Positions 54,666-63,542 of a stretch of 64,000 bases of DNA are shown one piece after another. The stretch is from a virus (Duplodnaviria; Caudoviricetes). Position 1 is the stretch's first letter, and each line of letters starts with the position of its first letter. The stretch is from positions 10,051 through 74,050 of IMG/VR virus record IMGVR_UViG_3300038412_000083. One strand, given 5' to 3'. The position numbers were made by a program, and so were the translations under genes. The notes under the pieces were generated by a model, which ran no database searches, was not told the origin of the DNA, and was given only the letters and a program-made list of their open reading frames with translations.

Positions 54666-54979
54666 GCTATACTACCACATTTTTCAAATCTTCCTGTATC
54701 GGCATAGCAGTCTGAATTATTTGCAAAAAGTTGCTCAGCACTTACATCACTTACTTCATCCAAAACTATTTTAGGCGTAAACTTTTCCACTTTTGTTATA
54801 GTTGCTTCTTTGGTTAAAGTTTTTGATTGAAGGGGAATGATAATTTCTTCATTGCTTTGAAGGGCGGCTTTGTAACCAGCGGTAAATCCGTTTAAACTTC
54901 TCTGGTTTACTTCACGTTGTGGATGTTTATTTTTATACCACTCTTTGGCTAATTTTTCAATTTCTTGATCTGTATTCAT
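54593..54979 (-). CDS. Hypothetical protein reading through hairpin D
   Basis: 128-aa ORF; its C-terminus is the translation of the repeat arm. Confidence 0.5.
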   Translation of the reverse strand: MNTDQEIEKLAKEWYKNKHPQREVNQRSLNGFTAGYKAALQSNEEIIIPLQSKTLTKEATITKVEKFTPKIVLDEVSDVSAEQLFANNSDCYADTGRFEKCGSIATNVLPALRRAGNRITSLQNTYKR

Positions 54980-54985
54980 GATTGT

Positions 54986-55444
54986 TTATTTTTGATAGTT
55001 AAAAATATTGTCATTAAGGATTTGAAGCTCATTTCCGAAAATATCATCTTCAAGTTTTTTATTTATCCCTGGATTCTCGTAACTTTTATAAAGCCACCTT
55101 TTTAAAACATTTTGGCTATTTCTTAAATTAATCCTTGTTAGGTTAGTCGGGTTCTCTATGTGCTCATCAATCCTTTTATTCATCTTTACTACGATCTCAA
55201 TTAATGAATGGAAGTCTTTGTAGGATTCCATTGGTGTTTGTTTTTTGAAATTATAATACGTTTCTTTGTTTCGATCAATTACACTTTGATAACAATGGGC
55301 AGCTAATTCTTTACCTCGTTCAGTAAATGGGAATCGTTTTTTAAAATTTATCCTTCCCTGGACTCTGCAAGCCCAATAATAATTTTTACCGTTATCAACC
55401 TGAAGTGTCACCCCTTTAACTCCTGATGATTTATTTTTTCTCAT
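54986..55444 (-). CDS. AP2-like DNA-binding domain protein
   Basis: NKSSGVKGV...YYWAC...KKRF...KELAA. Confidence 0.5.
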   Translation of the reverse strand: MRKNKSSGVKGVTLQVDNGKNYYWACRVQGRINFKKRFPFTERGKELAAHCYQSVIDRNKETYYNFKKQTPMESYKDFHSLIEIVVKMNKRIDEHIENPTNLTRINLRNSQNVLKRWLYKSYENPGINKKLEDDIFGNELQILNDNIFNYQK

Positions 55445-55709
55445 TAAAAAATTTTAAAACGTGTAAAATCTTTGCTGCATTCGTTAAACTTTTATTTGTA
55501 AACTTTAATCCTGTTTCCCTGCATTCGTCAACTAATTTCTTTTTTTCTTCTTCCGCTAAATTTTCAATAATTGTTATCTGTTTTTCATTTACCAGTATTT
55601 TATAAACTTTTAAGATAACCTCCTTTGGCACATCGCTTGTAATTAGGTATTCAAGATGACCTTTCTTGTACTGGCTTACAAATGTTGAACAAAGCTCTAT
55701 TTCAATCAT
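55431..55709 (-). CDS. Hypothetical protein
   Basis: 92-aa ORF in the replication operon. Confidence 0.55.
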   Translation of the reverse strand: MIEIELCSTFVSQYKKGHLEYLITSDVPKEVILKVYKILVNEKQITIIENLAEEEKKKLVDECRETGLKFTNKSLTNAAKILHVLKFFNEKK

Positions 55710-56377
55710 TCTTTTACGTAAATATGTTCTGAATTATTACCTAATTTCCTTACAAAAAACTCATGCACATTTTCACCTTCACTCAGCAATCCATCTTCTC
55801 GTAATGTTTCTTCAAAGTAAATGTGAATGATAGGGCGATAACCTTTTTTAAGTGCCTGGAAAGCGGTTTCTATGTCATACCTGTACTGGTTCAAAACTTC
55901 CAAAGGATCATAAGGCTTTTTTTCCGGTGGCGGCTGCATTCGTTCCAATAATCTACCAATTTCCCGTCTTTTAAGCTCATAGGGCCAAAGAACACCATCA
56001 ATAAGGCTTAGGTTCATTTCTTTCCCCCAATCTTTTACACTTGTTCCTGAATGCCTGAAAGCATATTCAATTTCATCAACGTTAAACGTAGGGTAATCTT
56101 CAATAAGTTTTTTTTGAAATTGATCGTTAAGAACGTTTAAAATGTCTCCAGAAGGTAAATTCCATCCGGTTATTACCTGAATACGAATTAAAAGCGCGGC
56201 ACAATGTTTTCTTAGATCACTTTTACTTAACGATATTATTTTTGGAGAGCAAAGGGAAAGTTTATTAATTTTCTCCTGTTCATCCGTCAATACCGAATTC
56301 TTCTCTAAGTTGCTTGGCAAGTTCATAGGCTCCTGAACTTTTACCGTGATTTGCTGAAGATGTTTTACTATTTCCAT
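55706..56377 (-). CDS. Replication-associated protein (possible helicase loader)
   Basis: Directly follows the initiator gene; function inferred from position. Confidence 0.4.
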   Translation of the reverse strand: MEIVKHLQQITVKVQEPMNLPSNLEKNSVLTDEQEKINKLSLCSPKIISLSKSDLRKHCAALLIRIQVITGWNLPSGDILNVLNDQFQKKLIEDYPTFNVDEIEYAFRHSGTSVKDWGKEMNLSLIDGVLWPYELKRREIGRLLERMQPPPEKKPYDPLEVLNQYRYDIETAFQALKKGYRPIIHIYFEETLREDGLLSEGENVHEFFVRKLGNNSEHIYVKE

Positions 56378-57041
56378 AATCTTTTATTTTTTTAAAATCA
56401 GTTTTTTTAATCCAGTTCATAAAATGTGATTGTACCGCCTCTTCATCTACATAATATTTTTTTCCGGTTAAATTTTGCTGCTTAAATGCTTCCCACATTA
56501 TCAAAACATCAGGCTCTTTAAGATCGACTTGCGCCGTTATTTTTAAAATTTCAATAGTTGAAATGATTTTGGCTTTTGGAAGGTCTTTAACATCCTCAGG
56601 TTTTGGAAAAGGAAAAGGGTTTTCAGACTTTCCTAAAAGATCATCTTTATTTTTATTTTCATTTTCATTTTCTAAAAGGCTTTTATTCTGATAACCCGCG
56701 GGTTTTATCCGGGTTTCATCCGGGTTATTTTTTGGCCTTCCTCCCTTAGAACCACGCTCTTTTTGCTTTGTATTAAAATTTTTTCTCTTATCTTTCTCTA
56801 TTTCTAACCGCTCATTAAAAAACCCGCGGGTTTCATCTTCTTCGAATTTTTCTTTAACTACAGGCCATAGTTTTTCAAATGATCCGTTGAGTAATTTTTG
56901 GGCTTGCTCTATTGTAAAGTGGCCTTTATTAAACTGGAGAATTAAAAGCTCCATATAAGCACCTTTTTCTTCCAATGTCATACCGAGGGTTCCTCCTATA
57001 TAATCATTAGGATAAAATAAAAAAGCCGGGTCTTTCGCCAT
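56280..57041 (-). CDS. Replication initiator with a DUF1376/YdaU-type N-terminus
   Basis: MAKDPAFLFYPNDYIGGT...EEKGAYMELL; KGGRP; ENENEN linker. Confidence 0.75.
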   Translation of the reverse strand: MAKDPAFLFYPNDYIGGTLGMTLEEKGAYMELLILQFNKGHFTIEQAQKLLNGSFEKLWPVVKEKFEEDETRGFFNERLEIEKDKRKNFNTKQKERGSKGGRPKNNPDETRIKPAGYQNKSLLENENENKNKDDLLGKSENPFPFPKPEDVKDLPKAKIISTIEILKITAQVDLKEPDVLIMWEAFKQQNLTGKKYYVDEEAVQSHFMNWIKKTDFKKIKDYGNSKTSSANHGKSSGAYELAKQLREEFGIDG

Positions 57042-57092
57042 AGATCAGTTGTTTTTAATTTTTCACTTTATTGGATAAATTCTAAAAAAAAT

Positions 57093-57668
57093 CTAAATAC
57101 TAATTGAGTTATTCACTTCATTACCAAACACATCCCACCCTTCATATTCATAATCTCCAAACATTCCAACTCTGGTTCGAGCAAATAACTCTAACCTTCT
57201 ACACTCTGTAAAACTTTTATCAGATAATTTCATAACTAATTCCCTGAAAAAATGAGGTTTTGCTGAATGATCACAAATTGTATGTTTATAAATATTCCTT
57301 TCTTGATGATTAAACGGTTTAACTTTACCTTTAATACCGATTAAAATAAACTCTGTCTGTGTCCTTAGCCAGTTGCCCATACCTAACAATCCTTTCTTTT
57401 CCCAAACTATCAGTGTTTTATACGTGAATCCCCATGCAGAAATAGTATTTAATCCTATATCAATTAAAGGAGTGGTTGCCCACATAAATAAAATTGCATT
57501 ATCTTGGGTTAGATCATTAATGGGCATACTTTGAATATCCTCATTTGTCATTAATGAATAATTGTCGATCGCCCCACTTTTATTACCTCTACCTACATTT
57601 TTTTGGGAATAAGTCCACGGAGGATCTGCGTAAACAACGTTATATTTTTTATTGGGAGGTAGGCTCAT
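57093..57668 (-). CDS. MT-A70 family adenine methyltransferase
   Basis: YADPPW, LFMWAT, HSAKP, LELFAR, WDVFGNE. Confidence 0.9.
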   Translation of the reverse strand: MSLPPNKKYNVVYADPPWTYSQKNVGRGNKSGAIDNYSLMTNEDIQSMPINDLTQDNAILFMWATTPLIDIGLNTISAWGFTYKTLIVWEKKGLLGMGNWLRTQTEFILIGIKGKVKPFNHQERNIYKHTICDHSAKPHFFRELVMKLSDKSFTECRRLELFARTRVGMFGDYEYEGWDVFGNEVNNSISI

Positions 57669-57679
57669 TTGTTGCAGTT

Positions 57680-57868
57680 TTAAAATGAGAAAGTAAAATA
57701 TAGGCGGCTGGGCTTGATGAACTGCAACGTAACATCATGCAAAGGAGATAAGCTCCCGCACCCAGCCATATAATTAAGTAAATAAGAGAAATGTACATTG
57801 CATAATTTATTGTTACGTTGCGAGTGCAATATACACCTTTCCCGCAATTCAGCAAAAATTTTCTTCAT
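57680..57868 (-). CDS. Hypothetical protein spanning a solo attC-like palindrome
   Basis: 62-aa ORF. Confidence 0.35.
   Translation of the reverse strand: MKKIFAELRERCILHSQRNNKLCNVHFSYLLNYMAGCGSLSPLHDVTLQFIKPSRLYFTFSF
57724..57821 (-). repeat. Solo attC-like hairpin E (98 bp)
   Basis: GCAACGTAAC ... TTATGCAA // TTGCATGA-T-GTTACGTTGC. Confidence 0.55.
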
Positions 57869-57889
57869 AAGTTTTATTTTTTTTCAACG

Positions 57890-58075
57890 CTATTGGATAA
57901 CAAAAATTCCTTTTTTAATATTTTTCTCAATCTGTTCAGCAGTCATGGTTATTTTCATTCCTTGCTTTGTTAGCGATTTAGTGAACTTGTATTCATGTAA
58001 AATCTCTTTTCCTTTGATAGTCTGCACGTATTCGAGTTCGTTTTGATCGGAAGGGCAGATTAGTTTTTTAATCAT
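57890..58075 (-). CDS. Hypothetical protein
   Basis: 61-aa ORF. Confidence 0.5.
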   Translation of the reverse strand: MIKKLICPSDQNELEYVQTIKGKEILHEYKFTKSLTKQGMKITMTAEQIEKNIKKGIFVIQ

Positions 58076-58371
58076 AAATAGTAATATTTAAACCCATTCT
58101 CCCAGCCGTCCTTAATCTCAATCTCCGTTCCTTCTAAATACTTTTTAATGTCAGCTATCCGGCGCGGTAAGTGTCCTATTCTTCTCATTCTTCCAATTGA
58201 TTCATCCCATACTCGCGGATCTTCATTGCCTACCTTTTTCCCCTCCAACATGGCCTGATAAATTATTTGGCAGTGGTGCATCCATTTTTCAGTATTAGCT
58301 TCTAAATGAGCCTGAGAATCGTTATTATTTTCTTTTGCGTGAACTGTAAAATCAAATGAAGTTTGTATCAT
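58072..58371 (-). CDS. Winged HTH-like protein
   Basis: HLPRRIADIK...I.DGW...KYYYL pattern. Confidence 0.45.
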   Translation of the reverse strand: MIQTSFDFTVHAKENNNDSQAHLEANTEKWMHHCQIIYQAMLEGKKVGNEDPRVWDESIGRMRRIGHLPRRIADIKKYLEGTEIEIKDGWENGFKYYYL

Positions 58372-58388
58372 GATTAAAGTTTTAAATT

Positions 58389-58766
58389 TTAAGCTACCCA
58401 GCTTTCCATAGAATCCACATCAAAAAACATTTCTTTCACCTCATATATTTTCTTTTCTTTCCGGTTTTTACGATAAGTAAAAAGGCTTTCTTCTCTTTTA
58501 AATCGCTGCAAAAACATTCTGGTAATTCCTAACTCCCTCATTATTTCGCTTTCCTTCATTGATAAATAATTGTCGCGGATAAATTGCTTTTGATCTTCAG
58601 TTAATTTCTTGTTACTAGAGTAACCCATTTTATTGCAGTATTCGTAAATCTTAAAAGCGCTTTGAAATTTTAATTTATTACTTATGTTTACCCTACTCAT
58701 TTTAGAGTAATTTTCATCTACGAATTTCTTCTGTGAAGGGGAGAGTGGTATTGCTTTTTTAGGCAT
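58389..58766 (-). CDS. Protein with a duplicated HTH-like motif (start moved from 58832)
   Basis: LSPSQKKFVDENY...SNKL and LTEDQKQFIRDNY...RELG. Confidence 0.55.
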   Translation of the reverse strand: MPKKAIPLSPSQKKFVDENYSKMSRVNISNKLKFQSAFKIYEYCNKMGYSSNKKLTEDQKQFIRDNYLSMKESEIMRELGITRMFLQRFKREESLFTYRKNRKEKKIYEVKEMFFDVDSMESWVA

Positions 58767-59119
58767 TGATTTATGTGTTTTGATTTTGAAACTCCCATCG
58801 CAATAGCTTCTAAAGGATTTGCTTCTATCCATCCATTACAGGCATTGCAGGAGCGTAATAAATTTTTCTTATCCATTAAGTTCTTTTCTGATCTCTTTAC
58901 TTTGTGCTGCAATCCGGTAGCTCTGCCTTTACAAACCGGGCTTTTTACTTCACAACGATCATTTTCTGCCAACATTTCTTTTACTAAGGACCGGTATTTA
59001 GGTTGCATCTTTGCCCGTCTTTTATTTAACGGCGCAATCTGTTTAGGTTTCTTTTCCTCCTTCGGTGCAGAAAGTCCTAGCTTTTGCCTTTGTCGTTCGA
59101 GTAGGTATTGATCAGTCAT
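58718..59119 (-). CDS. HNH-like zinc-binding nuclease
   Basis: CEV...C...QHK...LLRSCNACNGWI. Confidence 0.6.
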   Translation of the reverse strand: MTDQYLLERQRQKLGLSAPKEEKKPKQIAPLNKRRAKMQPKYRSLVKEMLAENDRCEVKSPVCKGRATGLQHKVKRSEKNLMDKKNLLRSCNACNGWIEANPLEAIAMGVSKSKHINQCLKKQYHSPLHRRNS

Positions 59120-59388
59120 TCGGTTGCTTCTTTAATTGCTTCATTTCTTAAATTCCAAATAGTGGCAGGAATAGAATTATCATCATTTTCAATTGATCTA
59201 AGGGCATCCAACATTTTATCATAAACCTGCTTATCTACGATCGCAAAATTTCCGGCCCAAACGCTGTAATTGTCAGGCATTTCAAAAGTCCAGGTATTTT
59301 CTTCAAAATCTGCTGTGGCAGAAATCCCGAATTGTGTTTTTACTGTTCTCATAATTTTACATTTGATATTTAGAAAATTCACGCTCAC
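59116..59388 (-). CDS. Hypothetical protein
   Basis: 90-aa ORF. Confidence 0.5.
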   Translation of the reverse strand: MSVNFLNIKCKIMRTVKTQFGISATADFEENTWTFEMPDNYSVWAGNFAIVDKQVYDKMLDALRSIENDDNSIPATIWNLRNEAIKEATE

Positions 59389-59749
59389 TTTTTAAACTTG
59401 AGATTACCGTCCGTATTCCGTCAATTGTATGAACACAGGTTCTCGAAAGTCTTTCGGATAAATCATATACATAAGCACTTTCACTACATTGGCTGTCTAT
59501 ATAATCCTTTGCTAAACTGGCTGCGTAATATTTCTTTTGAGCTTCACTACTGGCAGCCAACTTTTGATAAGCAGCTTTCTTTTCTTCCCTCCATTTCCGG
59601 CCGTACTCAGCCATAAGGAAATTAGCCCGGCTCATTACGTTTGTGAGTTCGATAATGTAAGAGTGTAGTGACTCGCCATCCTGCGCCATATCTTTGTCAA
59701 ACGTTTGGATAGTGATAAAGTAAGCGGTTAATTCTTCTGTTACTGTCAT
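59357..59749 (-). CDS. Coiled-coil protein in the recombination cluster
   Basis: 130 aa, helical; near ERF. Confidence 0.5.
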   Translation of the reverse strand: MTVTEELTAYFITIQTFDKDMAQDGESLHSYIIELTNVMSRANFLMAEYGRKWREEKKAAYQKLAASSEAQKKYYAASLAKDYIDSQCSESAYVYDLSERLSRTCVHTIDGIRTVISSLKSEREFSKYQM

Positions 59750-59937
59750 GCTATTTCTTTTTTATAATTCATCTTTACAGTTTTTGCAGCGGTAGTCTGG
59801 TTCTGATCCATGTGAGAAATAAATAGAGCCGCATGGATGCCGTCTTATTCTACACATAAGTTTTCTTAAATTAAAAGGTATTTCGAATAAATATTGATAC
59901 CAGCTAATTGAAAACCATTTGGTTATTTGATGTATTT

Positions 59938-60186
59938 TCATGCTATTTCTTTTTTAAGGAGGCGTAACCGTTGTAGTACGCTGTTGGCTACAATTTCAAA
60001 ATTCCGATCTGTTTCTTCTAACTGGAACCAGCTACCTTTGTAAGTCCTTAACCATACCCGGTCTTCATGCGTGGCTATTTCTTCAATTCCAATGATCGGA
60101 GTATGAGGCCTCGGCTTTACAGATACCGGCGTATCAAACTTTATTTCTTCGCCGGTTAATTTTATTATTTCTTCTATCTTGGTCAT
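59938..60186 (-). CDS. Hypothetical protein
   Basis: 82-aa ORF. Confidence 0.5.
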   Translation of the reverse strand: MTKIEEIIKLTGEEIKFDTPVSVKPRPHTPIIGIEEIATHEDRVWLRTYKGSWFQLEETDRNFEIVANSVLQRLRLLKKEIA

Positions 60187-60191
60187 GGCTT

Positions 60192-60725
60192 CTATTTTGG
60201 CAGTGAAACTTTAAAGGAGGATTTTGAAGATTTGGAAGGACGGTAAATAGTGTAAGTGTCCCCAGTTTCAGGATCGGTTATTAATAACCCTTTTTCCGGC
60301 ACTGTTTTTAAAAACTCTTTTCTTTCTTTTAATTTTTCAGCAATACTTTTTGAGGCTTCTTCAAGTTGGATAAGTTCCTGATCATTGCACTTTGAAAAAT
60401 CAAAAGTGCTTCCCACTTCTGCCAGTGTAAACTTTACGCCTCTCTCAGTGGTAAATTCTGCCTTATCTCCTCCATTGCCTTGCTTCTGAATTTCTTCCAT
60501 CAAATAATCAATAAATTCTTTGTCGGGTTCGATTTTAGAAGCGCTATCGCCGCTTATCTGCTTATCCAGGGCCGCAAAGAATTTTATTACTTCAATGTAT
60601 TCAAAAGCGCCGCCTTGTTCGTAAATGCGTTCCTTTGCCTGTTGGTGGAATGTTTTAGCATTCTGTTTGGAAAGTACCGGGATATGATCCGGTGTTAAGA
60701 CGATTTCTAAGTTTTCAGTTTGCAT
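60192..60725 (-). CDS. Conserved phage hypothetical protein
   Basis: 177 aa, coupled to ERF; FDFSKCND...DPETGD...P motif. Confidence 0.6.
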   Translation of the reverse strand: MQTENLEIVLTPDHIPVLSKQNAKTFHQQAKERIYEQGGAFEYIEVIKFFAALDKQISGDSASKIEPDKEFIDYLMEEIQKQGNGGDKAEFTTERGVKFTLAEVGSTFDFSKCNDQELIQLEEASKSIAEKLKERKEFLKTVPEKGLLITDPETGDTYTIYRPSKSSKSSFKVSLPK

Positions 60726-61293
60726 GGCTTAATTCATTTACTGCGTTATTTAATAAGGTTTCTACTTCTTTTGATACTTTCATTACTTCCCTGATCTTTG
60801 CAATTGTAGTTGTTCCTTCTCTCAATTTCTTTACAGCGCCATCAAATTCTTTAGTATTTTTATTTAACCAAGGCTTGTTATTCTCAGCAGCTTTCTCAGG
60901 GGTTTTGCCGCCGTGCGTAGCTTCATTTGCATCATCATCTTCATCAATGTTTAACCCTAAAACAGCGGCAAGGGCGTATCTTCTTTGATAGGTAATTACC
61001 GATCCTTTCCCTTGTGGATCATTTTTTACCGGTTGCATATTGTAATCACTTTGCAGGTATTCTCCGCTTGTGTGCATCAGGATGGTTGTAAGTCCGTTTT
61101 CGCCTGTTGGAAATTGAGAAAATGATAATCCACTTTCTTCCAAAGGAATTTGAATTGCCTCTAAAATATTTGAAAGAGAGGCGTATTTGCTTTTAAAGAA
61201 AGGGTTTGTAGCATCCTTTTTTACGGTTTCAACTTTTATATGAAATTGAATAATGGCCTTTGCTATTTCCTGAATTGAGTTACTTTTTTCCAT
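60715..61293 (-). CDS. erf: ERF family ssDNA-annealing recombinase
   Basis: NPFFKSKYASL...GSVITYQRRYALAAVLGL...DDDAN. Confidence 0.9.
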   Translation of the reverse strand: MEKSNSIQEIAKAIIQFHIKVETVKKDATNPFFKSKYASLSNILEAIQIPLEESGLSFSQFPTGENGLTTILMHTSGEYLQSDYNMQPVKNDPQGKGSVITYQRRYALAAVLGLNIDEDDDANEATHGGKTPEKAAENNKPWLNKNTKEFDGAVKKLREGTTTIAKIREVMKVSKEVETLLNNAVNELSHAN

Positions 61294-61389
61294 GATCTTT
61301 AATTTTAGTTTTTGTTTTAAAAAATTGGAGCGAGTAGAAACAAGCCCCGTTTTACGTATTGCTTGATATGAGACCGTTTAATAATTTTA

Positions 61390-61470
61390 AAAATTGGCTG
61401 TCTTTCCAGCCTGTCAGCATCTTGAATCCTTATCTTCTAAAGCCTCACAAGACTGCGAATATTGGCTTTA
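61390..61470 (-). other. Structured leader upstream of erf (two hairpins)
   Basis: TGACA-GGCTG-GAAAGA-CAGCC followed by T-rich sequence; AAAGCC...TCGCA-GTCT-TGTGA-GGCTTT. Confidence 0.45.
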
Positions 61471-61549
61471 AATTCGTTTGGGTAGGCCAAACTCCGTGTA
61501 GCTGAATTTCACACACTACAATCCACCCTACTTGGTATATAAAAGGTTG

Positions 61550-61669
61550 TTGCGTATGCAGGACTCGAACCTGCGACCTACTGAACCGAACCTTAATAGT
61601 TTTTTAAGGTTTCCTCTACCACAGGACTTTACCGAATACAATCGCTCTAACCAACTGAGCTAATACGCA
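61550..61669 (-). tRNA. tRNA-like gene with a 46-nt insertion in the anticodon loop (anticodon TCG if the insert is removed); no encoded CCA
   Basis: Acceptor TGCGTAT/ATACGCA; D arm GCTC-AGTTGGTTA-GAGC; T arm GCAGG-TTCGAGT-CCTGC; variable loop AGGTC. Confidence 0.75.
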
Positions 61670-61869
61670 AACTATTTCAAATAACTTTTTCTTTGGAGGT
61701 TAATAACCCATCTTTCTTGTGGTTCAGCTATGCTGGTTTTTCATCTTTCTAACTGTTCCGGTATGCCCGGTATATTTCCTTTCTCTCTCCCTTACCCCTA
61801 CATCCCAAACTGCTTTTGAGGCTACTGAGAAAATTATTAATAATGCTGCTGCCAGGTATAAGAGTATCA

Positions 61870-62244
61870 TTATTGTTGAATTTTTGTTTTATCAATAGCA
61901 AGTCCGGCTTCTATTAATCCGAAAAGATCAAAATGTTTTGAAAGAAGAAAAGCAAACCGGTTAAATTCTGTTGGTTCTCCTATAGACATTTTTGCTTTTT
62001 CGTCATATTCCCATCTTTTAGTGTCTTCTGAAAAAGAAATATTTTGGAAGTCTGAATATTCTTCCTCTGTCATATCGTCAAAAGGTCTTAGCACCAATTT
62101 TAAATCATTGATTTGATCATATTTTAGCAGCATTAAATCTGCATAAAATGTTGGCGTTATCGTAAGATCAAGTTTTGGATTTGATACTGATATACCGTGA
62201 CATCCGATATGGTAATGCAAATAATCTTTAAGTTCTTTTTTCAT
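61870..62244 (-). CDS. Hypothetical protein
   Basis: 124 aa; KLVLRP...LLSKHFDLFGLIEAGLAID motif common in Bacteroidota phages. Confidence 0.65.
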   Translation of the reverse strand: MKKELKDYLHYHIGCHGISVSNPKLDLTITPTFYADLMLLKYDQINDLKLVLRPFDDMTEEEYSDFQNISFSEDTKRWEYDEKAKMSIGEPTEFNRFAFLLSKHFDLFGLIEAGLAIDKTKIQQ

Positions 62245-62438
62245 GATTCAATTTTTTCAAGCCATTCGTTTAAAATTTTGTTTCCTTCAATTTCGTGTCG
62301 AAATTTCTCCACTCGTTCCCAATATTTTCGGGTCATTTCATCCTCCATTTCCTTTTCAACATCTTTTTTAGCGTCATTAATCATTATAAAAATGAAGATT
62401 AAGTAGTTTGTGACAAATCCGGTTATAAAGTATATCAT
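62241..62438 (-). CDS. Small membrane-anchored protein
   Basis: N-terminal TM segment. Confidence 0.5.
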   Translation of the reverse strand: MIYFITGFVTNYLIFIFIMINDAKKDVEKEMEDEMTRKYWERVEKFRHEIEGNKILNEWLEKIES

Positions 62439-62476
62439 AGTAGTTTAGTTTTTACCAGTTACGAATATCGGTTTCA

Positions 62477-62698
62477 TCATCCTTGTCCGGCTTCGGTGTA
62501 TGCCTGATTGATAAGGCTACTGAGGCTATTATTACCAGTACATAAATTATTAGTGCCCATTTCATATTGCAGTTGTTTTAAGCGGTTTATAATAAAGTGT
62601 TCGTGTTTGCGTGACTTTGCTTCCAGTGCCAGGTAATGATCAAATCTTTCATTCACAAAGTCTTTACGGTCAGGGTTGGGCATTACGTAGTTTAGCAT
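62477..62698 (-). CDS. Hypothetical protein
   Basis: 73-aa ORF. Confidence 0.5.
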   Translation of the reverse strand: MLNYVMPNPDRKDFVNERFDHYLALEAKSRKHEHFIINRLKQLQYEMGTNNLCTGNNSLSSLINQAYTEAGQG

Positions 62699-62867
62699 GG
62701 TTGATCTTTTTCGTTATTCATAATGTCAATCATTTGATCTGAATTCGATTCTGAGTTCTCTTCTTCATCAATATCATCTTCTTCCCATTCACAATGCTCT
62801 TTACAATCAGGACAAATACCGTAATCTTCGTTTCCATTTGCGGGCGCACCGCAGCAATCTGATATTA

Positions 62868-63542
62868 TCATTTGATGTAAATTTTAAACCCTGCACCGGC
62901 GAAAAAGCTATGTGCCTGGGTAATGAATAAATAATAATTTCCGTAATGATTAGCTGCCGTCGTAAAGTCTTTACCCAACTCAATAGAAGTGGCTAAAACT
63001 GTCTTGTTGATTGCCTGGATTCCTTTTACCGTATCATGGTAATGAGCAATTCCGATTAAAGGAGTAACTTCAAAATTGTTCCCAATTTGGTAACCAGCCT
63101 CAGCATAAGTAATATTTGATACTACCGTGCTGCGGGAGTAAGGGAACAAAGAGCCGCCTTTAAATTCCATATGGTGAACGATAGCACCGGCATTAATTCC
63201 CATCCTGTTACCGGCTTCACCTGATACAAAAGCCTGTGAATAACATAAAGAGGTAAGCAATAGGAAAGCAAGGCACGCCGTTAATTCTTTCCATAAAGGA
63301 TTTGATTTTTGTAAAGCCAGTGTTGGGGCTTCTTCTTCCTCAATCGGATTAAGTTGTTCGTTAATCGCATTTAGAGCCGCCTGATCTTTCCATTGCTCAG
63401 TAACAAGCCCTTCGATTATTAGTTGAAATTCATTTGCTTGCTCAGTATGGTAATCAAAGTCTTTTTTCTTTTTAGCGATCAAAGATTTTGAAAGGGCGAT
63501 TTTAGCCTCAAGAAGCTGTTTTGATTCTAATAAGGCGTTCAT
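62868..63542 (-). CDS. Apparent fusion of an 83-aa coiled-coil protein and a signal-peptide-bearing small outer-membrane beta-barrel protein
   Basis: Internal KELTACLAFLLLTSLCYS-Q signal sequence; alternating beta strands ending GAGFKIYIK. Confidence 0.55.
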   Translation of the reverse strand: MNALLESKQLLEAKIALSKSLIAKKKKDFDYHTEQANEFQLIIEGLVTEQWKDQAALNAINEQLNPIEEEEAPTLALQKSNPLWKELTACLAFLLLTSLCYSQAFVSGEAGNRMGINAGAIVHHMEFKGGSLFPYSRSTVVSNITYAEAGYQIGNNFEVTPLIGIAHYHDTVKGIQAINKTVLATSIELGKDFTTAANHYGNYYLFITQAHSFFAGAGFKIYIK

